64,000 nucleotides of DNA from Takakia lepidozioides. Lineage: Eukaryota > Plantae > Bryophyta. The stretch spans positions 70,308,001 to 70,372,000 of the forward strand of contig CM060732.1 in NCBI GenBank assembly GCA_030704615.1. The letters run 5' to 3'. Both the position numbers and the translations under genes were made by a program. Shown piece by piece: positions 63,941 through 64,000 of the stretch. The notes under the pieces were generated by a model, which was not told the DNA's origin, searched no databases, and worked only from the letters and a program-made list of their open reading frames with translations. Positions within the stretch are counted from its first letter, which is position 1. Every line of letters begins with the position of its first letter.

Positions 63941-64000
63941 TCGCCGCGACCTGCACACGCACCGCCTTCAAAGTTTTGTTGGATTTCTGTTTTTTTCCTT

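Overview
Repeat-rich land-plant genomic DNA; spliceosomal introns, PLS-PPRs and the TE types suggest a bryophyte, but the species is not determined. Host genes occupy about 39.7-45.4 kb: the 3' exons of an NAD kinase, a 500-N gap, a DXO1/RAI1-like gene that breaks off before its catalytic motifs, and an intact 3-exon MAGO NASHI. A decayed PLS-PPR cluster lies at 51.6-54.2 kb. The rest is nested, mostly degenerate TEs: an L1-like ORF1, a Ty3/Gypsy chromovirus with a self-inserted solo LTR, a PHD-finger Gypsy with a C5-DNA-methyltransferase motif I remnant and permuted LTRs, hAT fragments and an hAT MITE. The main finding is two apparently unrelated large DNA-transposon-like elements with the same design. 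Each has a transposase gene transcribed divergently from an intron-containing gene with a ParB/Srx-type motif (FVIDGQHT at 24.5 kb; FVWDGNHR at 56.8 kb). Each also carries many copies of its own 26-bp 12-2-12 palindrome, mostly in predicted introns and non-coding DNA: GAACCTCCACTG-GA-CAGTGGAGGTTC (about 7 copies) and TTAAGATGTCGT-CA-ACGACATCTTAA (at least 24 copies in three arrays). This looks like a transposon-borne ParB/parS-like protein-site module. That function is inferred, and both copies here are pseudogenised. All domain calls come from motif recognition by eye, without database searches.
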